Assembly: GCA_963775465.1 (NCBI GenBank)
Contig: CAVZIW010000013.1
Location: forward strand, 32,001 to 96,000
Source: Candidatus Bathyarchaeota archaeon
GTDB lineage: Archaea; Thermoproteota; Bathyarchaeia; Bathyarchaeales; Bathycorpusculaceae
DNA length: 64,000 nucleotides
Reading direction: 5' to 3'
The notes beneath the pieces were generated by a model that was given only the letters and a program-made list of their open reading frames with translations, did not search any database and was not told the DNA's origin. This document shows positions 10,000-20,066 of the stretch, piece by piece. Each line of letters opens with the position of its first letter. Position 1 is the stretch's first letter. The position numbers and the translations under genes were made by a program.

Positions 10000-11037
10000 A
10001 TGATTGAAATCGATGGAAGCAAAAAAAGCGGAAGCGGTACAATTTTACGTTTATCTATTGCGTTGTCAGCCATCAAACTGCAACCTCTTCATATATTCAA
10101 CATCCGACAGAGTCGCCCCCAACCTGGTTTAAAGCACCAACACCTGGAAACAGTATTAACAGCAGCTAGAATCTGCAGTGCCAAAGTAGAGGGAGCAAAA
10201 TTGGGTTCAAGAGAACTTTGGTTTGTACCAAACAAGATTAATGGTGGTGAGTTCGAAGCTGTGATTGAAACCGCAGGAAGCATCCCTATGCTGCTGATGG
10301 CTGTTTTGCCGATCTGCTTGTTTGCTAACAAACCAGTGCATTTGCATGTGGCAAAAGGCGGAACAGACACTATTCATGCCCCAACAATCAATTACCTAAG
10401 AAACGTTCTTTTGCCAACACTTAAATTGATGGGGGTCAGAGCCGAAATTAATGTTCAAAAATATGGTTATTATCCCAAAGGGGCAGGTGAAGCAACAATG
10501 ACCGTCGAACCTAACAACAACTTAAGACCAATCATACTAGATAGGTTTGGCGAGGTTAAGAGCATAAAGGGTATTTCTATTTGCACTTTTTTAGCTGAAA
10601 GGCAAGTGGCATCGAGGCAAGCTAAGGCAGCACGAGATTACCTCTTTGAAAGAGGGTACACCACCGAAATTCAAGTCGAAAATGATCATTCAAACCTCAT
10701 TCAAAAAGGAAGTTCAATTGTGCTTTGGGCTCAAACCGACACAGGTGCAATCGTTGGCTCTGACGCTATCGGCGAACGACATAAAATAGCCGAGGATGTC
10801 GGCAAAGAAGCCGCCCAAAAACTTTTCACTGAAATTTTATCGCAACCTACTATTGACATTCACTTGGCTGACATGCTCATTCTGTATATGGCTCTAGCAT
10901 CAGGCAATTCGGTGATTCTCTCAAGAACCATCTCTGAGCATATTGAATCCAACGTATGGCTTATTGAAAAAATATTAAATGTCAAATTTATGGTTAAAAA
11001 AACAGATAACCTCTTCAGGATTGAGAAAAACAGTTGA
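10000..11037 (+). CDS. rtcA: RNA 3'-terminal phosphate cyclase
   Basis: IEIDGS, R..PGL..QHL, TAGSI, GGTD, GYYPKG, HLAD (catalytic His). Confidence 0.92.
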   Translation: MIEIDGSKKSGSGTILRLSIALSAIKLQPLHIFNIRQSRPQPGLKHQHLETVLTAARICSAKVEGAKLGSRELWFVPNKINGGEFEAVIETAGSIPMLLMAVLPICLFANKPVHLHVAKGGTDTIHAPTINYLRNVLLPTLKLMGVRAEINVQKYGYYPKGAGEATMTVEPNNNLRPIILDRFGEVKSIKGISICTFLAERQVASRQAKAARDYLFERGYTTEIQVENDHSNLIQKGSSIVLWAQTDTGAIVGSDAIGERHKIAEDVGKEAAQKLFTEILSQPTIDIHLADMLILYMALASGNSVILSRTISEHIESNVWLIEKILNVKFMVKKTDNLFRIEKNS

Positions 11038-12113
11038 GCAGCAGGTCTGAACAAATTACTTGCATAAAAGTCCCAAAAAACCAAGGGGAAAAGGCTATTG
11101 CACTGGCTAACAAGCTAAGGGCTTTGGACAAAACGTTCTCAATCCAGAGGGATGAACAAAATTTGTGTATTCCTCTATCCAGAGAGTTGCTAGAAACCGA
11201 ATTATCAAAGCTTAAAAAACAAATACCCGAATTAGAATTGATAAAGAATGTTTTTGCAGAGAAAAAACGAGCTCCCGAAAATCTCTTGCAAGCTCTCAAA
11301 TACAAGTTACCTTCGAACTTACGCTTAAAAGTTCCTAAATCATTTGACACAATTGGTGATATCGTAGTCATCGACATCCCACATGAACTTACACCATACC
11401 GAGCATTCATTGGAGATGCTATCCTAAAAACTAATAAAAAAATCCGAACGGTACTTGCAAAGGAAGGTGATATTAGCGGAACCTACCGCGTTCGCCACTA
11501 TTCTTTCATCGCAGGCGAAAGCAAAACTCAAACCAGCCACAGAGAATTTGGCTGCCAATACTATGTTGATATTGCCAAAGCATACTTTTCCCCTAGACTG
11601 TCCCATGAGCATGACCGTGTAGCATCGCTTGTTCAATCAGGTGAAGTTATAGCGGATTTGTTCGCAGGTGTAGGTCCATTTTCGATATTAATTGGTAAGA
11701 GAAACCCAAGGGCGAAAGTCTATGCTGTTGACATTAATCCGAAGGCTGTAGAATTGCTTAAAGCCAATGTTAGAGTTAACAACGTTGACACCCGAGTTTT
11801 GCCAATTTTAGGGGATGCAAGGGATATTGCCCGAATTAAACTTGAAGGTGTAGCCGATCGCGTCATAATGAATCTGCCTGAAACCGCAATAACCTTTACT
11901 GAAGCAGCCTGCAAAGTAATAAAAAAAGAGGGGGGAGTAGTGCATTTTTATGGTTTCATCCGTTCACCTGACTCGATAAATAATCTCAAAGAACGCTTTA
12001 CCGAATTGATTGAGAAAAACGGGCGAAAAGTGGGAGATATTCTTTACGCAAAAAGAATCCGTGAAACTGCGCCATTTGAGTCGCAGGTAGTTTTGGACGC
12101 AAAAATCCTCTAG
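11034..12113 (+). CDS. trm5: Trm5/Taw22-family tRNA (m1G37) methyltransferase
   Basis: FDTIGDI, YFSPRL, DLFAGVGPF, DINP, VIMNLP. Confidence 0.88.
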   Translation: MSSRSEQITCIKVPKNQGEKAIALANKLRALDKTFSIQRDEQNLCIPLSRELLETELSKLKKQIPELELIKNVFAEKKRAPENLLQALKYKLPSNLRLKVPKSFDTIGDIVVIDIPHELTPYRAFIGDAILKTNKKIRTVLAKEGDISGTYRVRHYSFIAGESKTQTSHREFGCQYYVDIAKAYFSPRLSHEHDRVASLVQSGEVIADLFAGVGPFSILIGKRNPRAKVYAVDINPKAVELLKANVRVNNVDTRVLPILGDARDIARIKLEGVADRVIMNLPETAITFTEAACKVIKKEGGVVHFYGFIRSPDSINNLKERFTELIEKNGRKVGDILYAKRIRETAPFESQVVLDAKIL

Positions 12114-12541
12114 GATTCAACAATCAGAGTAATTTTGATTTTTTGTGTTGGATCTTTTAGTTTTTCTACAAAAATTCTTTGTAAATCTTTTGATGCTTTG
12201 TCAGCCTTTATTGCAATTGTTCGGTTGCAGATGTAGTCACTTTTGCGAATAACCATGTCTGTTGGGTGGGTTAAAATTAGATTTGGAGAACCACATGCGG
12301 TGATTCTCTCGGTCAAGTTGTCTGCCTCGATTACGATTGTAAGTTTAGCGTTTAATTTTCGCAACTCACTTTTAAATTTTGAACCTAACTTGTTTAGCGG
12401 CTTGTCGACAGCAACCGTCACAATGCAATCCCCAGTTTTGGATAGATGCTCATCTTTTGTTATCATCAACGTTGTTGGGTGAATAGATAGTATGTTTTCA
12501 TGCCCATGCCCCAAAATGAGTTCTCTTGCTTTACTAGTCAT
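12110..12541 (-). CDS. DUF371-family protein
   Basis: GHENI..HPTT..ITKDEHLSKTGDCI, VIRKSDY, ADKAS. Confidence 0.85.
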   Translation of the reverse strand: MTSKARELILGHGHENILSIHPTTLMITKDEHLSKTGDCIVTVAVDKPLNKLGSKFKSELRKLNAKLTIVIEADNLTERITACGSPNLILTHPTDMVIRKSDYICNRTIAIKADKASKDLQRIFVEKLKDPTQKIKITLIVES

Positions 12542-13507
12542 TTACTCGCGAACCTCAATAGAATCAACTTTGCCATCCCCATCTAAATCAAAACCTTGAA
12601 TTACAACCGCAAAAGTGTCTTCACTGAGATATTTCTGAAGTGTAGTTCTCCAAAAATTTGTCAAAGCAATGACACATGCTTTTGTACCCACAGCTTTGTT
12701 GCCTGCTAAAACAATTATCCTCTTGGTTCTATCCCAGGGATTTTCGATTTTGGCGATTAAACCCGTCATATCTGAAGTGTAAACCTGCATAGTTTTTTTG
12801 GAAGATAAACCTCCAAGTAAGAAACCTTGGTCGTTTGATTGCATGATAAAGTTGATAGGCAGATATTCGTTGATTTCCTGGGTTAGCAGGTTTGTTCCTG
12901 GACCGCCCACAAGTATGAGGTTGTTTTTCTCTTCTTTTTCTACCTTCATATCAACGTCCAATTTCACGACGAACTCTGTTGGAATTTTCAAGAACTGCCC
13001 TAAAAAGAATGCTAAATGTGCAGCATAGTGACCATCGCGAGAGCTAGTTTTGAAGGGCCCATGTGGTTGTGGGCTGCCAACAACGATTTTTCCGTCAAAA
13101 ACCCCGTCGTCAAGGAATTCTTTGAAAAACGCTTGCAATTTTTCTTCTGTGCCTAATAAGCATAGGTTTTGAATTACTTTGTAGCCTTTTGGAAACTCTA
13201 TTCCAAATGCAGGTGAAGTGGTTTTGTAGTATTTTGCGGTTGCGCCTTTCTTTTTTTCTTCTTTTGTAACTGCTATTGCACCTGATTCAGCTAGTTTCCG
13301 GATATGATAGTAAACTTTTTGCTCGTGAAGATCTAGTTGCCGAGCGATTTCAAGAGGGTACATTTCCTTCTCTGAGAGAAGGGTTAAGATTTTCCAGCTG
13401 AGCTTGCCTAGCATTGATTTTAGTTTTTGGGAATCTTCTAGGATTTTGATTTCTTTTACTTCTTGGTTGTTATCATGGTCCCGCAGAAGTAACTTCTTTT
13501 TGTCCAT
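12542..13507 (-). CDS. ArsR-like wHTH regulator with C-terminal alpha/beta domain
   Basis: MYPLEIARQL..EQKVYYHIRKL; C-terminal NLILVGGPGTN and terminal DLDGDGKVDSIE. Confidence 0.8.
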   Translation of the reverse strand: MDKKKLLLRDHDNNQEVKEIKILEDSQKLKSMLGKLSWKILTLLSEKEMYPLEIARQLDLHEQKVYYHIRKLAESGAIAVTKEEKKKGATAKYYKTTSPAFGIEFPKGYKVIQNLCLLGTEEKLQAFFKEFLDDGVFDGKIVVGSPQPHGPFKTSSRDGHYAAHLAFFLGQFLKIPTEFVVKLDVDMKVEKEEKNNLILVGGPGTNLLTQEINEYLPINFIMQSNDQGFLLGGLSSKKTMQVYTSDMTGLIAKIENPWDRTKRIIVLAGNKAVGTKACVIALTNFWRTTLQKYLSEDTFAVVIQGFDLDGDGKVDSIEVRE

Positions 13508-13530
13508 TGTTACCGGTATGCAGTAACAAT
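13506..13530. promoter_or_regulatory. Palindromic operator candidate ATTGTTAC-N9-GTAACAAT
   Basis: Perfect 8-bp inverted repeat overlapping the regulator start codon; related TGTTA-N10-TAACA at 13657-13676. Confidence 0.5.
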
Positions 13531-13724
13531 AAACGCACTATAAAAAATTTAGTTATAATGGTTCTAAAACTGCATGCTCAAAAGACGCAAAATTATTGTT
13601 TTTATGGCAAAAAAAGCTGAACGCCTAGAAAAAAAGTTTTAGCGGTGCTACTCTTATGTTAAAATACTTTATAACAAACTTAGCTATCCATAGTTGTCAA
13701 ACATGTCTAAATGAAGGTCTGAAA

Positions 13725-15554
13725 ATGTGTGGAATATTCGGCTGCATTTTAAAGGAAGGTAACGCTGCACCCCTGATACACTCATCTCTTAAACGCCTCG
13801 AATATCGAGGATACGACTCCGTGGGAATCGCAACAATCTCGTGTGGAAAAATATTCATGAAAAAAGACCAGGGTAAAATTGACGAAGTCCACAAAATCGT
13901 TGACCTTGATGATTTACCCGGCAATGTAGGAATCGGTCACACAAGATGGGCAACTCATGGAGCACCCCTCAAAATCAACTCTCATCCTCACGCCGACTGC
14001 ACCGGCGATATTGTGGTTGTCCACAACGGAATAATTGAAAATTTCCTTGAACTCAGAACTGAACTGCAAAACGTAGGTCATACATTTGTTTCAAAAACAG
14101 ATACAGAAGTTATGCCTCACTTAATCGAGGAGACGCTGAAACAAAACCCAAAAATGAGCTTGACTCAAGCGGTTTTAGAAAGCCTTAAACGTATCGAAGG
14201 TTCGTACGCTTTTGCAATCATTTCCACAAGAGAACCGGACAAGATTATTTGTGCTCGCAACGAGAGCCCCTTAGTTTTAGGAATTAACGGAAAAGGCGTT
14301 TTCTGTGCCAGTGACATCCCAGCTTTTTTGCCCATAACTAACAAGGCTGTCATGATTAACAACGGCGAACTCGTCATTTTAAAAGCCGAGGGTTACGAAA
14401 TCCGCAACATCTCAGACAACAGTTCCATCACACGTGAACCCACAACCATTGAATGGACAGCTGAAATGGCGGTCAAACAGGGTTATCCACATTTTATGAT
14501 TAAAGAAATCCATGAACAACCCGAAACCTTGCGCAACACTCTACGTATCCAAGACCATTATTTAGATTTGCTCTCAACTTTTCTTGACAGGGCAAACGAA
14601 GTGTTTTTGGTTGCCTGCGGAACAAGCTATCACGCCTGCTTAGCAGCATCCTACATGTTTTCCAAGCTGGCTTTTCTTCCAACTTACCCAGTTTATGGCT
14701 CAGAATTTGTCGAACAACACGGCAAATCTGTAAATATCGATAGCACTATTCTTGCAGTAAGCCAATCAGGTGAAACTGCAGACACTTTAGCGGCAGTTAC
14801 CTGCGCTCAACAGCGAGCAGCAACAGTTTTAGGCTTAACTAACGTCATCGGATCCACTTTAACACGAATTTCCCGTGTATATATTGGCACGCAGGCTGGT
14901 CCAGAAATCGGTGTTGCAGCCACTAAAACCTTCACTTCTCAACTTTCTGTCTTAGCACAATTGGCACTTAAACTAGCCAAGAAACGTGGCAAGATTTCTC
15001 AAGATGAAATCGATTGTCTAGAAGAGAAATTGCAAAACCTGCCTGAAGTTGTTAACACCGTAGTGCAAACTCAGGAAGAGAAAGCTAAGCTGCTGGCTAA
15101 GAAATATCGCGATTCAAAAATATTCTTTTACTTAGGAAGAGGTATAAGCACAGCAACTGCGTTTGAAGGAAGACTCAAACTCATGGAAATAGCGTATATT
15201 CCGTCAATTGCATTTCCGGCTGGCGAGAGCAAACATGGTCCAATTAGTCTAATCGAGAACGGGTTCCCTGTTGTCTTTGTCTGTCCTAGAGACGACTCCC
15301 ATAGAATAGTCATAGGGAATATAATGGAGATGAAAGCTCGAGGTGCCCAAATCATTGCTATCATTGAAGAGGGAGACCAAGAAATTAGAGACTTAGCTGA
15401 TGACTATCTTGAGGTACCAAAAGGTATTCCAGGAGTGCTTTCTCCAATTCCATTTGCAGTACCGCTTCAGCTCTTAGCGTACTACATGTCTTTAGAGAAA
15501 AAGCTCAATCCCGACATGCCTAGAAACTTGGCCAAGTCAGTTACTGTAAAATGA
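13725..15554 (+). CDS. glmS: Glutamine--fructose-6-phosphate aminotransferase
   Basis: N-terminal MCGIFG (Ntn Cys fixes start at 13725), LEYRGYDS, GHTRWATHG, SQSGET, PRNLAKSVTV. Confidence 0.97.
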   Translation: MCGIFGCILKEGNAAPLIHSSLKRLEYRGYDSVGIATISCGKIFMKKDQGKIDEVHKIVDLDDLPGNVGIGHTRWATHGAPLKINSHPHADCTGDIVVVHNGIIENFLELRTELQNVGHTFVSKTDTEVMPHLIEETLKQNPKMSLTQAVLESLKRIEGSYAFAIISTREPDKIICARNESPLVLGINGKGVFCASDIPAFLPITNKAVMINNGELVILKAEGYEIRNISDNSSITREPTTIEWTAEMAVKQGYPHFMIKEIHEQPETLRNTLRIQDHYLDLLSTFLDRANEVFLVACGTSYHACLAASYMFSKLAFLPTYPVYGSEFVEQHGKSVNIDSTILAVSQSGETADTLAAVTCAQQRAATVLGLTNVIGSTLTRISRVYIGTQAGPEIGVAATKTFTSQLSVLAQLALKLAKKRGKISQDEIDCLEEKLQNLPEVVNTVVQTQEEKAKLLAKKYRDSKIFFYLGRGISTATAFEGRLKLMEIAYIPSIAFPAGESKHGPISLIENGFPVVFVCPRDDSHRIVIGNIMEMKARGAQIIAIIEEGDQEIRDLADDYLEVPKGIPGVLSPIPFAVPLQLLAYYMSLEKKLNPDMPRNLAKSVTVK

Positions 15555-15620
15555 TTTCGTAATTTCACTATCCCAACACCAATAAAAGCTGTACAAATCC
15601 AAAATGAAATTGTTATTAAT

Positions 15621-16649
15621 CTAACTAAACCATTTTTCCAGCGAAACTTTCCCTTTCTGCTTTTTACTGCTGGCAGTCATTCGCTCTATAGCTTTTTTGA
15701 TTCGTTCTTCACCAAAGTCTTTTTGGCCGCAGAGAAAGTCAAGTAAGCTTTGCTCGTTGGGTTCTTTCCATTCTATTTTATAATCGTCGGTTACTTTTGG
15801 ATGGAGAAATATTTCTCGAATTTCAGGTATTTTGTCTACAAAGGATACTTTTTCTATGTGTGGAAGCGCTTTATCTAGGGTGCTGTATCGTTTTATGAGT
15901 TTCAGAGCTTTTTTTGGTCCTATCCCTTTTACACCATCTGGATTGAAGTCCGTCCCGATTATTATTCCGACATCAATTAGCTGTTCATAGGTTATTTGGC
16001 ATTGGGTAAGTGTCTTTTGCAACTCTACAATTTCAGGCTGTACTTCAATTATTGCTTTTCCGCGTCTTCGTCTACCGGAGATTGTGACGTTTCTGAGCAG
16101 TTTATTTGCTCCAAATAGGAGACTGTCGTAGTCTTGGCTTGCACAGTAATCAGCATCGCCTTTTCTGTTCATGTGGGCTGCTTGGGCTTCTCCTTCGCCG
16201 GGGGCTTGAATCCAAGGCAATCCCATTAAATCCAAGATTGTTTTGCTGTCATTTAACATGTAATCTTTCATTCTTGTTGCCACTTGAGCGTACATTCGCA
16301 TTTTTTCTTTGTCGCCAGTTGCTGCGGCTTTGGCATAGCTGGCAACTGCTTCAACTTTTACTTGCTTTCGGCGTTCAATCTCGGCTGCCTTTAATGCGGG
16401 AGATGTGCCATCAAAAACGTAGATGGGTTTAATCGCCATTTCAGTTAGGTTGATTGTGCGGTAGAAGAGCCCGCTTATGTGGCTTGTGATTTTGCCTGTG
16501 CTGTCTTTAAGTGGAGTACCATCGGGTTGACGAATGATACTGAGGAATTGGTAGATTGCGTTGTATGCGTCTATTGCTATGATTTTGCCCGAGAGGTCTT
16601 CAAGTTTTATTTGGGTTTTTGGAATGAGGTCTTTGAAGTTTACGCCCAA
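15621..16649 (-). CDS. fen: Flap endonuclease 1
   Basis: DAYNAIYQFL, EGEAQAA, SQDYD, GTDFN..GIGPK, C-terminal PIP-like SLEKWF. Confidence 0.96.
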   Translation of the reverse strand: MGVNFKDLIPKTQIKLEDLSGKIIAIDAYNAIYQFLSIIRQPDGTPLKDSTGKITSHISGLFYRTINLTEMAIKPIYVFDGTSPALKAAEIERRKQVKVEAVASYAKAAATGDKEKMRMYAQVATRMKDYMLNDSKTILDLMGLPWIQAPGEGEAQAAHMNRKGDADYCASQDYDSLLFGANKLLRNVTISGRRRRGKAIIEVQPEIVELQKTLTQCQITYEQLIDVGIIIGTDFNPDGVKGIGPKKALKLIKRYSTLDKALPHIEKVSFVDKIPEIREIFLHPKVTDDYKIEWKEPNEQSLLDFLCGQKDFGEERIKKAIERMTASSKKQKGKVSLEKWFS

Positions 16650-16796
16650 AACGATTCACAAAATATGATAGGCAAGAAACCGTCTTAAGAGGTTTACTAA
16701 AATATCTTATTCGCAGAAGACATTTTTTGATTAATTGGAAAACTGGATTCAGTCCAGTGAGGGTGCTGAGCGAGGAAAAGATGGCTAAACTATCTA

Positions 16797-17024
16797 TTAT
16801 GATAGTTCGATTCGTCGTTTTCCCCTTGCCATAGAGGATGTGCGAATTTTTCCACTTACTTCTAGTTTTAGAAGCAAATCGTTGAAGTCTTTGAAGCCTA
16901 AATCTTCATATTCGCCTTTTAGTTGTCCAAATAATTCATCGTCTGTCATGTCGCCTTTTTTGCTTAGAATTTCTATTAGCACATAGTAGGCTGGTCGGGT
17001 TTTCCAAGTCTTTAGTTGTGGCAT
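16797..17024 (-). CDS. Small winged-helix-like protein downstream of cdc48
   Basis: 75 aa, helix pattern ending LLKLEVSGKIRT plus wing; 13 nt after the cdc48 stop. Confidence 0.7.
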   Translation of the reverse strand: MPQLKTWKTRPAYYVLIEILSKKGDMTDDELFGQLKGEYEDLGFKDFNDLLLKLEVSGKIRTSSMARGKRRIELS

Positions 17025-17037
17025 TATTTGTATCCTT

Positions 17038-19209
17038 CTATGAAACTGGGGTTGCTGGCTTTTGTACTTGTCGGATTTGCTGCATAAAGCTCTTGTACCA
17101 TTTCTCGATGTCCGGAGATGTTGATGGTCCCATTTCTTTCAGTGCATCTTGGAAGTCCTTCATGGTTACTTCCTGAGTTGTTACGTCTCGACGTAGTGAG
17201 TGCATTGCTGCTTCGCGGCATAGTGATTCAATGTCAGCACCTGAGTAGTATTTAGTCATCGTTGCTAGTTGGTTTATGTCGACATCTTGGGTGATTGGCA
17301 TACCTTTGGTGTATATCTTAAAGATTTGTAAGCGGCTCTTTTCGTCGGGTTCAGGGACGTAGATTAGTCGGTCAAATCGTCCTGGTCTTAGAACTGCTGA
17401 GTCAACCATATCTGGGCGGTTGGTAGCGGCTACTACAACTATGTCCTGTAATGAAGTAATGCCGTCCATTTCAGTTAGCAATTGGCTGATGACTCGTTCA
17501 GAAACGCCGCTATCTGACATACCCATTCCGCGTCGTGGAGTGAGTGAATCAATTTCATCTAGAAATACGACGGCTGGAGCTGCCATTCTGGCTTTCCGGA
17601 ATACTTCGCGTATTGCTTTTTCTGATTCTCCAACCCATTTGCTGAAGACTTCTGGACCTTTAATGGAGATAAAATTTGCCTCGCTTTCTGTTGCCACCGC
17701 ACGTGCGAGCAGGGTTTTTCCACAGCCCGGAGGACCGTAAAGCAGGATGCCTTTTGGTGCTCTTATCCCTAGACGAGTGAACATCTCAGGGTTTTTAATT
17801 GGCCATTCAACTGCTTCTTTGAGATGTTGTTTGACATCGTCAAGTCCGCCTGCATCGTCCCAATGGACAGTGGAGACTTCGATGTAGACTTCACGCATTG
17901 CGGTTGGTGTTACTTCTTTGTAAGCACCTGAGAAATCTTCCATAGTTACTTCCATCTTTTCAAGCACTGCAGGTGGAATTCGTTCTTCTTCTAAGTTGAT
18001 TTGTGGTAGGTATCTTCGGAGTGCTTTCATCGCGGTTTCTCGACCAAGCGCGGAAAGGTCTGCACCAGTATATCCATGTGTCATGGCTGAGAGTTTCTGT
18101 AAGTCTACGTCTTCTGCAAGTGGCATTCCGCGTGTGTGAATTTGCAGGACTTCGTAGCGTCCTTTCTTGTCGGGTACGCTGATTTCGATTTCGCGGTCAA
18201 ATCGTCCTGGTCTGCGTAATGCTGGGTCGAGAGCGCCTGGTCTGTTGGTTGCGCCAATTACTATGACGTTTCCTCTGCCTGAAAGACCATCCATTAGAGC
18301 TAATAATTGAGCAACGACGCGTCTTTCAACTTCGCCTGTGACTTCTTCACGTTTTGGTGCAATGGCGTCAAGTTCGTCAACAAAGATTATGCTTGGTGCG
18401 TTTTGTTGGGCTTGTTGGAATATTTCGCGTAGTCGTGCTTCGGATTCGCCGTAGAATTTGCTCATGATTTCGGGGCCGTTAATTGAATAGAAGTTTGCTT
18501 CGGATTCGTTAGCTACGGCTCTTGCAAGTAGGGTTTTGCCGCAGCCGGGTGGACCGTGAAGTAGGACGCCTTTTGGGGGTTCAATACCTAATCGTTGGAA
18601 TAGTTCGGGGTGGCGTAGTGGCAATTCAACCATTTCTCGGACACGTTGGATTTCTTCGTGTAATCCTCCTATGTCTTCGTAGGTTGTGCGGGGTAGGCCT
18701 TTGCCTTCTGGGGCGGGTTCGTTTAATATGGTTAAGCGTGTTTCGGTAGTGACTTTTATGATGCCGTGAGGACGGGTTTTTGATACTGTGAAAGGTATAG
18801 CGTGGCCTAGCATCATAACTAGTGTTGTGTCGCCTTCGACCAAAGTGCGTTCCATTAGGCGGTTTTTAACAAAGTTTGTGAAGTCTTCATCTACGTTTAG
18901 ACGCATATCTACTGGCGCTAATGTTAATGAAAGGGCAGTTTTGACTTTGGCTGGTCTAACAACTACATATTCGTTTATTGCTACGCCGCAGTTTTTTCGG
19001 GTAAATCCGTCAATGCGGATAATGTCGCGGTTTTGGTCTTCGCTGTATGCTGGCCATGCTATGGCGCTTGTAGTGCGTTTGTTTACGATCTCAATTACGT
19101 CTCCAGCGCTTATTCCAAGTTTTTGCATGGTACGTTGGTCAATTCGGGCGATTCCTCTGCCCACATCTCTTTGTCGTGCGTCTCCGACGCGTAGTTGTAC
19201 TTCACTCAT
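17038..19209 (-). CDS. cdc48: CDC48/VCP AAA+ ATPase
   Basis: [12 protein letters not shown]-domain, two GPPGCGKT Walker A motifs, two RPGRFDR; start MSEVQ. Confidence 0.97.
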   Translation of the reverse strand: MSEVQLRVGDARQRDVGRGIARIDQRTMQKLGISAGDVIEIVNKRTTSAIAWPAYSEDQNRDIIRIDGFTRKNCGVAINEYVVVRPAKVKTALSLTLAPVDMRLNVDEDFTNFVKNRLMERTLVEGDTTLVMMLGHAIPFTVSKTRPHGIIKVTTETRLTILNEPAPEGKGLPRTTYEDIGGLHEEIQRVREMVELPLRHPELFQRLGIEPPKGVLLHGPPGCGKTLLARAVANESEANFYSINGPEIMSKFYGESEARLREIFQQAQQNAPSIIFVDELDAIAPKREEVTGEVERRVVAQLLALMDGLSGRGNVIVIGATNRPGALDPALRRPGRFDREIEISVPDKKGRYEVLQIHTRGMPLAEDVDLQKLSAMTHGYTGADLSALGRETAMKALRRYLPQINLEEERIPPAVLEKMEVTMEDFSGAYKEVTPTAMREVYIEVSTVHWDDAGGLDDVKQHLKEAVEWPIKNPEMFTRLGIRAPKGILLYGPPGCGKTLLARAVATESEANFISIKGPEVFSKWVGESEKAIREVFRKARMAAPAVVFLDEIDSLTPRRGMGMSDSGVSERVISQLLTEMDGITSLQDIVVVAATNRPDMVDSAVLRPGRFDRLIYVPEPDEKSRLQIFKIYTKGMPITQDVDINQLATMTKYYSGADIESLCREAAMHSLRRDVTTQEVTMKDFQDALKEMGPSTSPDIEKWYKSFMQQIRQVQKPATPVS

Positions 19210-19359
19210 AACTAACTTCTCCAAATAATTGTGATTTAAATGGTTGAAGGGTGTGTTTGAAAAAGAAGTTTATTGTATATAAACTTTAAAGAATGTCTTT
19301 TCGATCTTTCAGGGGCTTTTTAGAAAATGATTAAGGGTTGTTTTGTAGAATTTGATGGT

Positions 19360-19635
19360 TTAGCGGCTTGTTCGGCGTACTTGGAAGGCTTGTGCTTGGC
19401 TTACACCTTGTATTTTTGCGAGTGCTGTTTCGAATTCGTCGACTAGACCATGTTGGTCTTCTGGAAATTGAATTTGAACAAGGAGTGCTACGAGTCCGAA
19501 GGCAATTGGTTCTTCGCCCCATCCTTCGATTTGACTATCTTGTGGTAGAATGGCTTTAATTTGGGCTTTAAGTGGTTCAAAGTTTTTCACTATGTCTTCG
19601 GGAAAGACCTTGTAGGTTACAAGGATATGACCCAT
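19360..19635 (-). CDS. ef1b: Elongation factor 1-beta
   Basis: KVFPED, EEPIAFGLVAL. Confidence 0.92.
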   Translation of the reverse strand: MGHILVTYKVFPEDIVKNFEPLKAQIKAILPQDSQIEGWGEEPIAFGLVALLVQIQFPEDQHGLVDEFETALAKIQGVSQAQAFQVRRTSR

Positions 19636-19648
19636 TGTTTTTCACCTT

Positions 19649-19834
19649 TTATGGTCCTTGGAAGCCGCATTTGGGGCATTTGTATAGGCGTCCGAATTTG
19701 CGGCATTTACCGTCGCGTTTGATTTGAATTTCACCGCAGCTGGGGCAGAGGAACTTTGTAGATTCGCTACCTGGCGGAATTGGTTTACCGCAACTGGTGC
19801 ATGTAACCAATGATAGTGCATTTCTTTCTGTCAT
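19649..19834 (-). CDS. Zn-ribbon protein (DUF1610/HVO_2753-like)
   Basis: CTSCG...FLCPSCGE...KCRK..YKCPKCGFQGP; usual position upstream of EF-1beta; start MTERN. Confidence 0.88.
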   Translation of the reverse strand: MTERNALSLVTCTSCGKPIPPGSESTKFLCPSCGEIQIKRDGKCRKFGRLYKCPKCGFQGP

Positions 19835-20066
19835 AACTTGACCTTCTGTTCCGTGAATATTGTAAGACCTCCTTATATCTGCTGTGCTCAAGTTGGGATA
19901 GTCCGTAGTTTCCAAAGGTCTAATATTAAACAAGTTAGATCGTAAGTGAACATTTCTCATTTAATTGGTCAGAATTAAAAATTGCAGCAATCAAACGGCT
20001 TTTCTCAAAATAAGTCCGTTACTGTTTTATATTCAGCCCGCGTAAACCTGCAAAGAAGAGATTTAC

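Noticed and set aside
13656-13724. Upstream extension of glmS (similarly 19835-19960, 32542-32760, 59933-60067)
   Set aside because: Family N-termini and RBS positions indicate later starts; GlmS requires an N-terminal Cys
17024-17221. 65-aa ORF inside the cdc48 3' end, and many other overlapping or antisense ORFs in the track
   Set aside because: Shadow frames of well-supported genes with no motifs
17369-18213. 20-nt direct repeat CGGTCAAATCGTCCTGGTCT in cdc48
   Set aside because: Encodes RPGRFDR in both AAA domains; explained by protein constraint and codon bias
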